Below are positions 10,200 through 20,284 of a stretch of DNA of 64,000 nucleotides, one piece after another. A program made the translations under genes and the position numbers. Source of the stretch: a virus (lineage: Duplodnaviria; Caudoviricetes). Each line of letters starts with the position of its first letter. Position 1 is the stretch's first letter. The notes under the pieces are model-generated. The model had not been told where the DNA came from. It made no database searches and was given only the letters and a program-made list of their open reading frames with translations. Location of the stretch: positions 1-64,000 of the IMG/VR virus record IMGVR_UViG_3300028832_000109. One strand, written 5' to 3'.

Positions 10200-12160
10200 T
10201 GGAAAATTTCAGCGCGTCTCTATTCGAAACCGTTTCATCGGCACTGGTGCGCCGGACAGTAAACAACATGTACAGCGCCCTTTTCGAGGGTCTCACGCCA
10301 CAACAGAAGACGCGCCGAGACCTGCGGAACATTCTACCGGAACCGCCAGGAGGCTGGGCTGCCCCGGCCGTCGACGAGGAGGGGAACCGGCTGCACACAA
10401 TCGAAAACGGCAGGCCGATGAACTTCGCCGAGTGCCTGGAATACAATGTCAGGAACAGCTTCTTCCATAATGGCGGCCGAACAAATCCAAAATTCGAACC
10501 GGGCGTCGCCCGCATAGCCTACACCGAACTCGGGTTATGGCCGCAGAACCTCATCGACTGGAAGGACCGGAAATCCATCCCGGACTGGGGCAAGATACGC
10601 GAGTTCGCCGCCATCTTAAAGAACATCTCCACGTCACACGCTGACGACTACGACCCGACGCTGAACGGGATGTCTTTCGACGAGCTGTCCGCCAGGTTCG
10701 CCCACGGTTCCGCTCCATCCGAAACGGTGAACGAGACGGCCGACGGGACGGGATGCCGATACGACGTTCGCTGGATTCCTAACTTCCAGACCGCCCGGCA
10801 ATACGCGAAGTATACCGAGGGAACCCAGGCCTGGTGCCTTACCACGGACCGTTCCCAGTGGAACCACTACATGAAGGGCGGCACCGTCAAGATGTACATC
10901 TGCACCAGGCCCGGATTCGAGAATGTTCCGGGCGAACCCGGCCCCAACTGTCCTCTCGACGAGTACGGGCTCTCCATGCTGGGCGTTTCAGTAAACCCCG
11001 ACGGCTCGCTCGACACGTGCTGCAGCCGCTGGAACCACCTGCACGGGGGTTCCGACATGGTGATGGACGAGGCCGAGCTGTGCAAGGTCCTCAACGTTCG
11101 GAAACTCTCCGACGTGTGTCCGCCATATACCAAGGAAGAAATCGACAATAGGGCCAACAGGGTGATGAGCGAAATCATGGCGAAGGTGCATGCCATCCTC
11201 GACAAGAACAATCCCATGGACATGTCAGCAAATTTCTTCTTTTTCGATATGAAGGACCAGTCAGTTCCCGGATACCGCCTGCTCGAACTGCATGCCGGAC
11301 GAGAACCAGCCAACAGCCGAGTAGTGTGCCTGGTGCTGAACGACAAGATGGAACCCATGTTTAAATATCCACTGGTAGAGTACCGGCTCTTCGGCGGCTC
11401 GGTAGACGCCGATACTATGGCCACCAGCAACCCGGCATCCATATCCGGGAGGTACGACCCCGATATCGATTCTCTCGATGCCCTGATGGAACCTCCACCG
11501 GCGGACATCGACATAACCGAGATGCCGATGGTGTTGGGCTCGTTCATTTCCGGGAAAACGTTCTACACGTTGGAGAACGACATTGATTGCTCGTATTGCA
11601 CCATAGACGATGTTATCGATAGCACCGACCCAAAATATTCATACCGCTACTCCGACGACGAATTGAATAGGGGAATCCTCCTGAACATACACGAAGCGTG
11701 GACCGGCGACATGCTATTGGATACAGTGAAAATGAAATTCGTCAACGAGCTCGACGACAGCTTTATCGACGGGCATGTGGGTAACATGACATGCAAGGGC
11801 GGAAAAATCTATTTCGTATCAAAGAACGGAGTCATAGATTACGGAAAAGTATTGCGCAAGGGGAAAAAGTATTTCAACGCCGACATTTGTTCTAGCCGAA
11901 ACTACCGGAATATCGGAATTGACTTGTTCACTGGCTCCATATGGGACAGAAGCGGTATTGCTTCCAAGTCACAAATGCGTCTTGTCTCCGATACCCGGAA
12001 GCTGTTCATAGTAGACCCGATTACCGGAAGAGTCATCCGCGAGTTCAACAGTGTGGACTCATATGAACTGGTGGAAACAGACGGCAATGAGATGTTCAAG
12101 ATAACCACGAACGATGGCAAGATATTGCATTGCGACTTTGACGGAAATCTGCGCGACTAG
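10199..12160 (+). CDS. large hypothetical phage protein with FE[GS] leader, possible head-internal protein
   Basis: 653 aa. WCLT...WNHY and DEYGLSMLGVSVNPDGSLDTCCSRWNH segments. N-terminal SALVRRTVNNMYSALFEG. Confidence 0.75.
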   Translation: MENFSASLFETVSSALVRRTVNNMYSALFEGLTPQQKTRRDLRNILPEPPGGWAAPAVDEEGNRLHTIENGRPMNFAECLEYNVRNSFFHNGGRTNPKFEPGVARIAYTELGLWPQNLIDWKDRKSIPDWGKIREFAAILKNISTSHADDYDPTLNGMSFDELSARFAHGSAPSETVNETADGTGCRYDVRWIPNFQTARQYAKYTEGTQAWCLTTDRSQWNHYMKGGTVKMYICTRPGFENVPGEPGPNCPLDEYGLSMLGVSVNPDGSLDTCCSRWNHLHGGSDMVMDEAELCKVLNVRKLSDVCPPYTKEEIDNRANRVMSEIMAKVHAILDKNNPMDMSANFFFFDMKDQSVPGYRLLELHAGREPANSRVVCLVLNDKMEPMFKYPLVEYRLFGGSVDADTMATSNPASISGRYDPDIDSLDALMEPPPADIDITEMPMVLGSFISGKTFYTLENDIDCSYCTIDDVIDSTDPKYSYRYSDDELNRGILLNIHEAWTGDMLLDTVKMKFVNELDDSFIDGHVGNMTCKGGKIYFVSKNGVIDYGKVLRKGKKYFNADICSSRNYRNIGIDLFTGSIWDRSGIASKSQMRLVSDTRKLFIVDPITGRVIREFNSVDSYELVETDGNEMFKITTNDGKILHCDFDGNLRD

Positions 12161-12837
12161 CCTATCCTGTCATAGAGTTTTATCAGCTTGTCCAGGCTTT
12201 CCCTTGAAATTAGGCTCCACACCTTCTGCAATTCCGGGCGTTCGAACGTCTCGGTAAGACTGCCGCTCCGCCCCTTTGCCATATCCGACATGAAGTCGAG
12301 TATGCGCGTGGTGAATACGTCCATCCCGTTCTCGCCGATTGCAGTATTTGCCGACACGAACCATTCCTTGGGCACTGTCCTGAAGAATACCGCCTGGGTG
12401 TTGTTCTCCACGCTGAATTCGGTACCGGCTGGCACGTCGAACACAACCGCCAGCTTGTCCCGTATCAGGTCCTCGGAGAACACGTTAGCCCACACATCGT
12501 TCCGTCCGGTTTCCCGGCAAACATTCTGCCGTATCCCGGAAACCAGAATGCTTTCCAGGGCCTCCGGCGTATACGTGTAGTGCATAAAACGGATAGGCCT
12601 CATGGCCCGGCGCATGGACATTCCGCCGCACGGCTCGGTCACCGACCACAGGTTGTCGGTGCAGTTTTCCCGGAGCAACCCGGAACCGAACGGCCTCAAT
12701 GCGGAAACCAGGTCGACGAGCCTGTCATAGACGGACTTTTCCGGGGCGGATTCAAAAATCGCCGAACACGCGGAGGAAACTGCCTCGGCCATCTCGGGAG
12801 AAATTCCTTCAATGTCAACCAAATCGTTCATGCGCAT
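12157..12837 (-). CDS. putative ADP-ribosyltransferase-fold protein with FE[GS] leader
   Basis: RFMHYTYTPEALESILVSGI resembles the H-x-T...L..IL..G strand-1/helix motif of ART-fold (DarT/KptA-like) proteins. The function is inferred. Confidence 0.45.
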   Translation of the reverse strand: MRMNDLVDIEGISPEMAEAVSSACSAIFESAPEKSVYDRLVDLVSALRPFGSGLLRENCTDNLWSVTEPCGGMSMRRAMRPIRFMHYTYTPEALESILVSGIRQNVCRETGRNDVWANVFSEDLIRDKLAVVFDVPAGTEFSVENNTQAVFFRTVPKEWFVSANTAIGENGMDVFTTRILDFMSDMAKGRSGSLTETFERPELQKVWSLISRESLDKLIKLYDRIG

Positions 12838-12879
12838 CTCCAAAAGAAGGCCGGGCAGCCCGAATGCCGCCCGGTCGAA

Positions 12880-13287
12880 CTAGGTACCGGCAAATATCTT
12901 CCCGACCTGCGAGATGAATTCAGCCGCGTCACGCGCAGCTAGCTCGGGATACATGCTCTCTCCCGCCTCGGGGGCGGGGCCGGAATACCCTTTCTTAAAC
13001 TCTCCATACGGGTCGCCGTCGACTTCGTACCCGTTTTCTCCAAGGTTATCTAGGAACAGTGTCTGCACGAACTCGTCAAGTTCCGGCTCGTTGTCTACCA
13101 GCATGTAGAACTTCGAGTTGTCGAACTTGCTCATGCGCTCGAGGATGGAATTTCGCCCGTATACCGGATTGTCCAATGCCATCCGGTTGAACCGGTCGAT
13201 TGCCGGCTCGGCCTCGACCGAAGACGACGACCACCCCGGGCCGTCAACGAGCATCAGCCCGCCTATCTCACCGGTGCTCTCTGCCAT
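12880..13287 (-). CDS. acidic hypothetical protein
   Basis: 135-aa ORF in an operon with 13268-13924. Confidence 0.65.
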   Translation of the reverse strand: MAESTGEIGGLMLVDGPGWSSSSVEAEPAIDRFNRMALDNPVYGRNSILERMSKFDNSKFYMLVDNEPELDEFVQTLFLDNLGENGYEVDGDPYGEFKKGYSGPAPEAGESMYPELAARDAAEFISQVGKIFAGT

Positions 13288-13924
13288 CGGTTACCTGCCT
13301 AGGGTCTACTGTAAGGAGCCTACGCCGCCCGTCGTTTCCCCGCGTGGTCAGCCTGGCACGAAGGTCAGGACCGATATCCACCGTAGCATGCCCGTTGCAC
13401 CTAGACATCTCCTCGCCGATTTCCTGCAAAGTACGCTGAATCATCATGAGGACCTGCTCGCGGCGTCCGATGTTGAAGGTGCCGTCCGCAGACTGGTACG
13501 TCCCGTCGCCATTAGCTACGATATTGTTGAGCAAATGCGGGGCCAGGTCGCGGGACTCCGCGGGGACGCCCATGTCATCGAGCACGTTGGCGATGTTCCT
13601 TTCATCGGCAACCGTTCTCGCGTTGGTGGCTGGAAGCCCATTTTCCCGGAAGCCATCCATGCCGAGCATCCTGTTCGCGCGAGGATACTGGACATCTACC
13701 GGCTGTTGGCCTGGGAGAGTCCGGGCGTTTCGCTTCCGCTTTTCCTCTCCAATCATTCCCAGGAGCGTACCGATTGCGTTTACGATTTGCGGCTCCGCCG
13801 GGCGGATGCCTGCCTGTGCCTGGTTGAGCACGTCAAATACGCACTGCAGTGGATTGGCGTCATTGGCTTGGCGTCGTTCCTGGTCACGGTATATGTCCTG
13901 GCGTCTAAGAAGGTCCCTTGGCAT
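13268..13924 (-). CDS. hypothetical protein
   Basis: Start reassigned to MPRDLL (GGAG RBS). ATAAACT lies at 13955-13961 upstream. Confidence 0.65.
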   Translation of the reverse strand: MPRDLLRRQDIYRDQERRQANDANPLQCVFDVLNQAQAGIRPAEPQIVNAIGTLLGMIGEEKRKRNARTLPGQQPVDVQYPRANRMLGMDGFRENGLPATNARTVADERNIANVLDDMGVPAESRDLAPHLLNNIVANGDGTYQSADGTFNIGRREQVLMMIQRTLQEIGEEMSRCNGHATVDIGPDLRARLTTRGNDGRRRLLTVDPRQVTDGREHR

Positions 13925-13977
13925 TTCTGCTCCGTACACGTTTGTGTCATGAACAGTTTATGGCCTTGAAAACGCAG

Positions 13978-14000
13978 AAAAGGCGGGTTTCCCCGCCTTT
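13978..14000 (-). terminator. intrinsic terminator
   Basis: AAAAGGCGGG-TTTC-CCCGCCTTT downstream of the AAA gene. Confidence 0.7.
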
Positions 14001-14021
14001 CGGTATGCTGTGCAAAGAAAA

Positions 14022-15665
14022 TTACTTGTCGCCCTTGCTCTCAATCGCCTTTTCGCGCTGGTAGTAGGTCTTTCTCGCCGCCTCACGGCTGCTGTTGAAC
14101 CCGTCGATGACGAGGTCAAGGTCTGCCTGCGTGTAGACCTCCTTCTTGTCGTGCTTGATGTAAATCTGACGGCTGAAGTTTTCCACATCTGCTGCAGAAA
14201 CCTGCGCTTCGACAAGCTTCTCCGCGGTTGTCTCGTAGACTTCGTCGGGAATGTTGTACTTGGACTCGCAGTACCTCTTCAGAAGGATAAGCATGAGCTC
14301 CTTGTCCGGGAATCCGACCTCGATGGTCTCGTCGATTCGCCCGCCGCGTTCCATGATGGACTCGTGCACCTTGAGCGGGTCGTTGATGGTTGAGAAGATG
14401 ATGGTCGGGAACTTGGAGCTGCGAACCTTTGCGAAGAATTCGATGAGCTTGTTCGTTTCGGACGTCTTGGCACTGATTTGGAGAGAATCGAGTTCGTCAA
14501 GAAGAATCACTGCCTTCTGGGTCATGTTCACGCAAAACATGATTCTGTCGAGGGTGCTGTCGAGGGTACGGTCGTCGAGCTTGCAGTTAATCATCATGAA
14601 TCCACGCTGGGCGAGCTCGTCCATGATGTGTTCGCATGTCGAGGTCTTTCCCGTACCGAGCGGGCCGACCAGGGCATAGGAGAGGGACTGCGAAGTTTCG
14701 GCTGCGCGGGAGCACCATTCGGAAATCTTCTTCATCGTGTCGGACATCACCCACACGTCGGAATCCGCACGCTTTTCGTTCGGCAATACGTAGATTCTGC
14801 TGGCGTCGACGAAGTAGTGGTAGGTCTTCGTGTCGAGTTCGCGATAGATGTAGGTCAGCGCGGCCTGTACGCATTCCTCGTTGGAATACGACGGATGCTC
14901 GACAACGTACGCGGCGTGTTCAGTGAGCACCTGTCCGCCGATGAACTTCGACGGGGTGTCCGGAGATGTGAGCGCACCGACCAGTTCCTCGGACTTCTCG
15001 TCACCGATGGTGAACTTTTCCATCTTCAACACGTATAGGGTCTCGACAGCGGGGTCGCCGCCCGATGCCTTGAGCCTGCGGCAGCGGAGCAGCACACAGA
15101 GCTGTGTAGTGATGATGATGTTGCCGCTGGAGTTGATTGTCGGCGGGTTTCCCTCGATGCCTTCGACGGTGAAGTCGTAGATGCGGTCGTCTACGTTGAA
15201 CTCGTAGCGGGTCTTCGGCTTCATCTTGAACACGAGGTACATGAGGATTTCACCGATAGGAATCGGGCCAGCGCATGCGCCGGAATAGTTGTTGCAGATA
15301 GGAATCTCGACGTTGAACTTGGTGGCGATGTCCTTCCAGAAGATAATCTCGGCGCGGTTCTCCATGGAGTTGGACGGCTGGACGTTGGCGTGGATGTTGT
15401 CGAGCAGGTAGTACAGGGCGATGCCGTTTCTCGCGAAAGCGATGAAGTCCTTGATTCCGCGGTTAGCCGACTTCTCGAAGAGCCTCGTCGCAAGGTCTGT
15501 CGCCAACGAACAGGCCGGGAGTATGCTCTTGAAGCTTGCGTTCTTTGCCGTCCTCTTCAGGCGTTTCCAGTCAATGCCTTCGGGGGTGATGAAGTCTGTG
15601 GAGAATCGAGGTATTTGGTTACCAATCTCCTTCAAAAGTTCCAGAAAATTTGGAGAGTCTGACAT
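14022..15665 (-). CDS. AAA+ ATPase with a long N-terminal domain
   Basis: Walker A GPLGTGKT, Walker B ILLDELD, sensor STIN, arginine finger ERGGRID. Confidence 0.9.
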   Translation of the reverse strand: MSDSPNFLELLKEIGNQIPRFSTDFITPEGIDWKRLKRTAKNASFKSILPACSLATDLATRLFEKSANRGIKDFIAFARNGIALYYLLDNIHANVQPSNSMENRAEIIFWKDIATKFNVEIPICNNYSGACAGPIPIGEILMYLVFKMKPKTRYEFNVDDRIYDFTVEGIEGNPPTINSSGNIIITTQLCVLLRCRRLKASGGDPAVETLYVLKMEKFTIGDEKSEELVGALTSPDTPSKFIGGQVLTEHAAYVVEHPSYSNEECVQAALTYIYRELDTKTYHYFVDASRIYVLPNEKRADSDVWVMSDTMKKISEWCSRAAETSQSLSYALVGPLGTGKTSTCEHIMDELAQRGFMMINCKLDDRTLDSTLDRIMFCVNMTQKAVILLDELDSLQISAKTSETNKLIEFFAKVRSSKFPTIIFSTINDPLKVHESIMERGGRIDETIEVGFPDKELMLILLKRYCESKYNIPDEVYETTAEKLVEAQVSAADVENFSRQIYIKHDKKEVYTQADLDLVIDGFNSSREAARKTYYQREKAIESKGDK

Positions 15666-15699
15666 TTGATTCCTAGTACGGTTGATTGTTTGTTATCCT

Positions 15700-15732
15700 A
15701 AATATAGCAAAAAATACGCCCCTGTATAAACT
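15700..15732. promoter_or_regulatory. back-to-back TTGCTATATTT (minus) and TATAAACT (plus) motifs
   Basis: AAATATAGCAA 15700-15710 and TATAAACT 15725-15732 lie between divergent genes. Confidence 0.65.
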
Positions 15733-15763
15733 TTTTGAAAATTTTTCAATCCCGGTGACGAAA

Positions 15764-17086
15764 ATGCGCGAAAACTACCTGCAATTCATGGCCGAATGCG
15801 ACCGACTGAAAAAGTATTTCCTCCTCGAGGCCGAGGGGGACGATTCCGACCTCGCCGAAGCCGGGCCCGATGAAGACACCGGCGACACGGAAGGCGGCAA
15901 GGATTCCGGAAAAGATAAGGCCGAGAAGAAAAAAGAGTCCGACGACGAGGGGAAACCCGCCGAGAAGGACACCGGCAATGCCGACAAAGCGCAGGAACCC
16001 GAAAGGGAACCCCAGCCGGCCCAGAGCCCACAGGCCTCCCCGTCGACTGCCCCTGACCCCTCCAAGGTGAACGCGGCAGGACGCGCACCCGGGGCAATCA
16101 GCCCGCAGGCGCTAATCGCCGAGATGAGCTCCGGCAAGGACAATATCTATACAAGGGTGCTCGGCGTACTCAGGACCAGGTTCCCGAAGGGCGAATGCCA
16201 GGTCAAGGACATGATTGAGCCAATATCCCATGCGGTGAGCGCCTTCATGAAGAACAAGAACTACGCCCCGCTCCCGAAGGATACCATGAAGGCGGTGTGT
16301 CTGAACATCGCCAAGCAGATTTCCGAACGGTCCGCCGCATCGAAGAAGGCCCAGCCCCGCCCGCAACAGGGACAGCAGAAGGTGGAGGCCGCATACTTTA
16401 GCAAGCAGCGCCCGTGCATCGAGTCGCTCGGCCTCCTGGAAAGCTGGAAGGAGCTGCTCCTCGCGGGAGGAATAGCCGCCGGTTCGGCAGGAGCGGCAAC
16501 GGCGCCTTCCGCCCCGGAAAGCACGCTCAGGGGAACGCCGAGATACACCGCTATGCAGGACGGTACCCAAGTCGGCAGGCAGGACAAGCAGGGGCAGCAG
16601 CCCGCAGGGATGTCAAGCGTCCCGAAGACGGCAAATTCCGGGAACGTCGCCTTCAGCAAGGACAGCACCTACCAGCTCAGCCCAGACGACTACGTGGATT
16701 ACAAGACCGCAGGAAATCTCCCGGAGAACTACGTGGTTTCCCGGGGCTCCGGAAGCGGCAAGACCGATACCCCGGTCGAAAAGGGCGGGTCGGTAATGCA
16801 GGGTGTCGTGAAGGAGCAGGCCAAGAGCGGCAAGACAACTGGCGAAATTGCCGGGAAATGCAAGGAAAGTACGGGAAACCCGGACGCATTCCGGAAGACT
16901 GTTCACGAGACCGGCCACAAGGCGGTGGATGCCGCAATCAAGGGCGGTAGCGCGGTTGTCGGCGGACTCATTGGCGGGGCCAAGGGAATGGTCCGTGGCG
17001 CGAAGGAGGCCTGGAACCGGGCATCCCGCGGGATAGAATCCGACCACGACAAAATGGTGAGCGAGCGCGAAACCAAGAAAAAATAG
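15764..17086 (+). CDS. low-complexity hypothetical protein, possible head-internal protein
   Basis: Start reassigned to MRENYL. Acidic, disordered stretches with LLEA, IESL and LLES motifs. Follows a late motif. Confidence 0.7.
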   Translation: MRENYLQFMAECDRLKKYFLLEAEGDDSDLAEAGPDEDTGDTEGGKDSGKDKAEKKKESDDEGKPAEKDTGNADKAQEPEREPQPAQSPQASPSTAPDPSKVNAAGRAPGAISPQALIAEMSSGKDNIYTRVLGVLRTRFPKGECQVKDMIEPISHAVSAFMKNKNYAPLPKDTMKAVCLNIAKQISERSAASKKAQPRPQQGQQKVEAAYFSKQRPCIESLGLLESWKELLLAGGIAAGSAGAATAPSAPESTLRGTPRYTAMQDGTQVGRQDKQGQQPAGMSSVPKTANSGNVAFSKDSTYQLSPDDYVDYKTAGNLPENYVVSRGSGSGKTDTPVEKGGSVMQGVVKEQAKSGKTTGEIAGKCKESTGNPDAFRKTVHETGHKAVDAAIKGGSAVVGGLIGGAKGMVRGAKEAWNRASRGIESDHDKMVSERETKKK

Positions 17087-17111
17087 AAAAGGGCCGCGAG
17101 AGCGGCCTTTT
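17087..17111. terminator. bidirectional intrinsic terminator
   Basis: AAAAGGGCCGC-GAGA-GCGGCCTTTT between convergent genes. Confidence 0.8.
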
Positions 17112-17127
17112 CCATTACTCCATTCGG

Positions 17128-17496
17128 CTATTCGCCCAGAAACGGGTTCTTCGAATCACCCGTCCACCAGGTTATCGTGAACGGCACGTACGGGTTGTTC
17201 ACCATGGGATGAGCGGACATGACCACGTATCCCAGTCCGTCCAGGCACCGAACCACATCATTAAAGACGAACTCGCGGTTCTTGTTGGACACATAGATTG
17301 ATGCCCCGCGTTCCGCTCCGCCGATTAACGCTGCCAACCGTTCAGCGAGTTCCTTGTGCGTCTCCCTAAACTCGTCACCCGCGGTCTTGAGCGAATTGGT
17401 TATCCGCTTCACCGTATCTTCTGCGCTGGGAATGATGCTCTGCACGGTGGCTTTCTTCTTGACCGTGCGCTTCGTCGTAGTTCCTGTCTTAGCCAT
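17128..17496 (-). CDS. hypothetical protein
   Basis: 122 aa with a basic N-terminus, coupled to the HD gene. Confidence 0.65.
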   Translation of the reverse strand: MAKTGTTTKRTVKKKATVQSIIPSAEDTVKRITNSLKTAGDEFRETHKELAERLAALIGGAERGASIYVSNKNREFVFNDVVRCLDGLGYVVMSAHPMVNNPYVPFTITWWTGDSKNPFLGE

Positions 17497-17497
17497 G

Positions 17498-18067
17498 TTA
17501 TACTCCCATGTAAAGTTCCGCGTATCTGTCAGACTGGAGTTCCTTCTCCGGATGGTGGCGCTCGGCGTCTATTACCGCGTCGCTAATCCGGTTACGCTCC
17601 ATCGCGTACCTGTTCTGCCGCTCGTAGTCAGATGGCTTCGGTGACGGTATGCGGGTCAGGTCCATGTTGTTGTCCAGGTCGACCAGCTTTACCTTCGCTG
17701 CCAGATAATTGTCGGCCACTCGGCCAATGTACACGTCGCGGTCCTCCGACTTGTTCCTCGTGAGAATCGCGACCACCTTCCACACCACCGGGGGGAACCA
17801 CGCTGCGAGGTCCGATATAGTAAAGCCCCCATCCTCCACCACGTCGTGAAGGTAAGCTATCGCGGTCAGGTTATCGTCGGAATAACGCCGCGCGGTGTCG
17901 CGCCCAACGCTCCCAACGTGCTCGATATACTTGTGCCCGCCCTTGTCCAGCTGCCCGTCGTGGGCGAACTCGGCAAACCGGATTGCCTTTTCCACCAGGC
18001 CGATGCCCGAAGGTATTCCAGTCCTTACAAATTCCTTGATTTCATCCCTTGAACGCATTATCGACAT
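17498..18067 (-). CDS. HD-domain protein, RelA/SpoT hydrolase (Mesh1/SAH)-like
   Basis: AHDGQLDKGGHKYIEH, AYLHDVVED, KVKLVDLDNNMDLTRI. Confidence 0.85.
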   Translation of the reverse strand: MSIMRSRDEIKEFVRTGIPSGIGLVEKAIRFAEFAHDGQLDKGGHKYIEHVGSVGRDTARRYSDDNLTAIAYLHDVVEDGGFTISDLAAWFPPVVWKVVAILTRNKSEDRDVYIGRVADNYLAAKVKLVDLDNNMDLTRIPSPKPSDYERQNRYAMERNRISDAVIDAERHHPEKELQSDRYAELYMGV

Positions 18068-18183
18068 TCCTGTGTTGGATGTTTACCATACATTTACATA
18101 CACCGGCCATCGCCGGTACATGATGTAAACTAGTCCATTTTTCGAGAAATAATGTAGTTTCGTCTTATCCAACGAGAGCAACC

Positions 18184-18753
18184 ATGAAAATTCCCACAAA
18201 AGAAGAGCGCTTCGACATCAATCTCGGAAAGCTCAGGATAATGGATGTCAACATAATCCAGGACCTTACTCAGGAAACCATCGCCCTGTTGTCTCTGGTG
18301 ACACAGTGCGAATCCAACGTGGTACTGGACACACCCGTGAAGCTCCGCACGGTGGCCGGATTCGACCACTACTTCGTCAAGGGAGAATTCTCGTCCGGGG
18401 ATGCATACGGCAATATATCCTTCGCGTGGACAGTAAAGACCGAAAACCCCGAGCAATACGACGTGCACAAGATAACGGTCGAATTCCCGAACATGGGTGA
18501 ATGCGAAATCATCTGGAATTCGAACCAGGCCGTCGTCGACCGAATGTCGCAGGAATACTCATTGTTCCTACAGGCAAGCCGGTTCGTCCCGAAGCGGTAC
18601 AAGGAAATCGAGGCACTACTGCAGAAAATCCGCACGATGCATCTTGAACAGGACGTGCGTGACAAGATACTACCTATAATTGACCAAGTGAGCGCCCTTC
18701 TCGGCAACGCGCTGAAAAAGGACGAACGAGTGGCAACATACGGGAAGGAATAG
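18184..18753 (+). CDS. hypothetical protein
   Basis: 189-aa ORF, first of a three-gene operon. Confidence 0.7.
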   Translation: MKIPTKEERFDINLGKLRIMDVNIIQDLTQETIALLSLVTQCESNVVLDTPVKLRTVAGFDHYFVKGEFSSGDAYGNISFAWTVKTENPEQYDVHKITVEFPNMGECEIIWNSNQAVVDRMSQEYSLFLQASRFVPKRYKEIEALLQKIRTMHLEQDVRDKILPIIDQVSALLGNALKKDERVATYGKE

Positions 18754-18756
18754 CAT

Positions 18757-19365
18757 ATGGACAACGGATACGAATATTACAGATACTCGGACCCAACCTC
18801 AATCGACGCGGTCAAATACATCGACGAGGTCTCGAGTTCGCTCAAACTGGCGGACGCGCTCATAACCAGACTGTCACCAAGATGCTTCCGGATTTCTTAC
18901 CGGACCAAGGAGCTCGGCGACATATGCCACTACGACGTGTCTCTGAGGCAGTCGGCGCAGCATTTCAACGTGAAATTGAACATCAGCCTGTCCGACGGCA
19001 CTGCCGCCGGCTCGAAACGCTTCAAGGACATAACGGCCGAATCCCTGGTCTCAACGCTGTCCAAACTTTTCGAGGGCATCAAGAAGTCCCGTTTGACCGC
19101 AATGAGTGAACTCGACCAGTTCCAGAAAATAGTGACCGACGGACTAGTGTCCGCCGGCTACACCTGCATCGGGACGTCCCCCGCATCCATGGCTTTCCGT
19201 GGTGCCAACAAGAACGTGACAGTGTCCATCTCCGAACTCGGCCGGTTCAGGGCGGTCATCCGTTATACCCACAAGATGAACGGGGAATTTCCGGCATTCG
19301 AGACCGGCGCTCTTGTGTCCGTCGATAACGCGGGAAAGCTTCTTGGATGGGTAAACAAACTTTAA
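18757..19365 (+). CDS. hypothetical protein
   Basis: 202-aa ORF, closely coupled, with RBS. Confidence 0.7.
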   Translation: MDNGYEYYRYSDPTSIDAVKYIDEVSSSLKLADALITRLSPRCFRISYRTKELGDICHYDVSLRQSAQHFNVKLNISLSDGTAAGSKRFKDITAESLVSTLSKLFEGIKKSRLTAMSELDQFQKIVTDGLVSAGYTCIGTSPASMAFRGANKNVTVSISELGRFRAVIRYTHKMNGEFPAFETGALVSVDNAGKLLGWVNKL

Positions 19366-19378
19366 TGAGATGTAGACC

Positions 19379-19726
19379 ATGAAGGAGAAACAACGCAAAG
19401 AAAAGAAGCCAAGACAGTCCACGAAAACCGCTGTCGCAACTCGGACAATAGGCATTCCGCCATGCGATGAAGAAATCCTCGACTCGATAATAACGAAGTT
19501 GAGCGAACACTACAACGTGGCCATCGTGGCCAAAGTAAAACAGACCGGGGTATTTCGGAAGAAACTCATCTATTCCATTACCATTAGCGGTCCAGCAAAG
19601 CGCGTAAAGCAGTGTGATGATAACCTTCTGTATCTTGCCAACGAACATAACAACGAACCACCCGAGGTAGTTACGGAAACGGTCTCGGGCATTCCTCTAT
19701 GGGTTGGCGAACCCTCACTCTTCTAA
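19379..19726 (+). CDS. hypothetical protein
   Basis: 115-aa ORF. Confidence 0.6.
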   Translation: MKEKQRKEKKPRQSTKTAVATRTIGIPPCDEEILDSIITKLSEHYNVAIVAKVKQTGVFRKKLIYSITISGPAKRVKQCDDNLLYLANEHNNEPPEVVTETVSGIPLWVGEPSLF

Positions 19727-19748
19727 CCGGTCAGTTTCAATGGAAACT

Positions 19749-19778
19749 AAAAACCTCCCTTCCGGGAGGTTTCTTTTT
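19749..19778. terminator. bidirectional intrinsic terminator
   Basis: AAAAACCTCCC-TTCC-GGGAGGTTTCTTTT between convergent operons. Confidence 0.8.
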
Positions 19779-20284
19779 TAGTTCCGAAAGTCCGCTATCG
19801 CTTTCCTGTCCAGTACCCGTTGATTCCGGGAACCCCGGAATTTAAGGCCCAGGTCTCGCTGTTCCAGTATGAACGGACCGTCTACCAGGGTATCCACCGC
19901 GTCAAGAATCCGGTCGGTTACCACCGGGACATTTTTTCGCTGGCCCGGCAGTAGGTCACGCTCCAGAACATACCCCGTATACATCCACAGGTTCTTTCCC
20001 GGAAGTTCCCGGGAAAATCTGGTGATTAACGGGAGAAGGTCCTGCTGATTCTCCGGTTCGAACGGTTCCCCTCCAAGGATGGTCAGCCCTGCAATGTATG
20101 ACTTCTTGCAGGCCTCGATTACCTCGTTCATCTCGATTTCGGTAAACGGGTTCCCATACTCGAAGTCCCAGGTATCCATGTTGAAGCATCCATTGCAGTG
20201 GTTACGGCATCCGGACACGAACAGTGTAACCCGGCAGCCGTCGCCATCCACAATGGACATCGTATCAATCTTGGAATAGTTCAT
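19778..20284 (-). CDS. nrdG: anaerobic ribonucleotide reductase activase (radical SAM)
   Basis: DGDGCRVTLFVSGCRNHCNGCFN, LGGEPF, LVDGPF, FRGSRNQR. Confidence 0.97.
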   Translation of the reverse strand: MNYSKIDTMSIVDGDGCRVTLFVSGCRNHCNGCFNMDTWDFEYGNPFTEIEMNEVIEACKKSYIAGLTILGGEPFEPENQQDLLPLITRFSRELPGKNLWMYTGYVLERDLLPGQRKNVPVVTDRILDAVDTLVDGPFILEQRDLGLKFRGSRNQRVLDRKAIADFRN

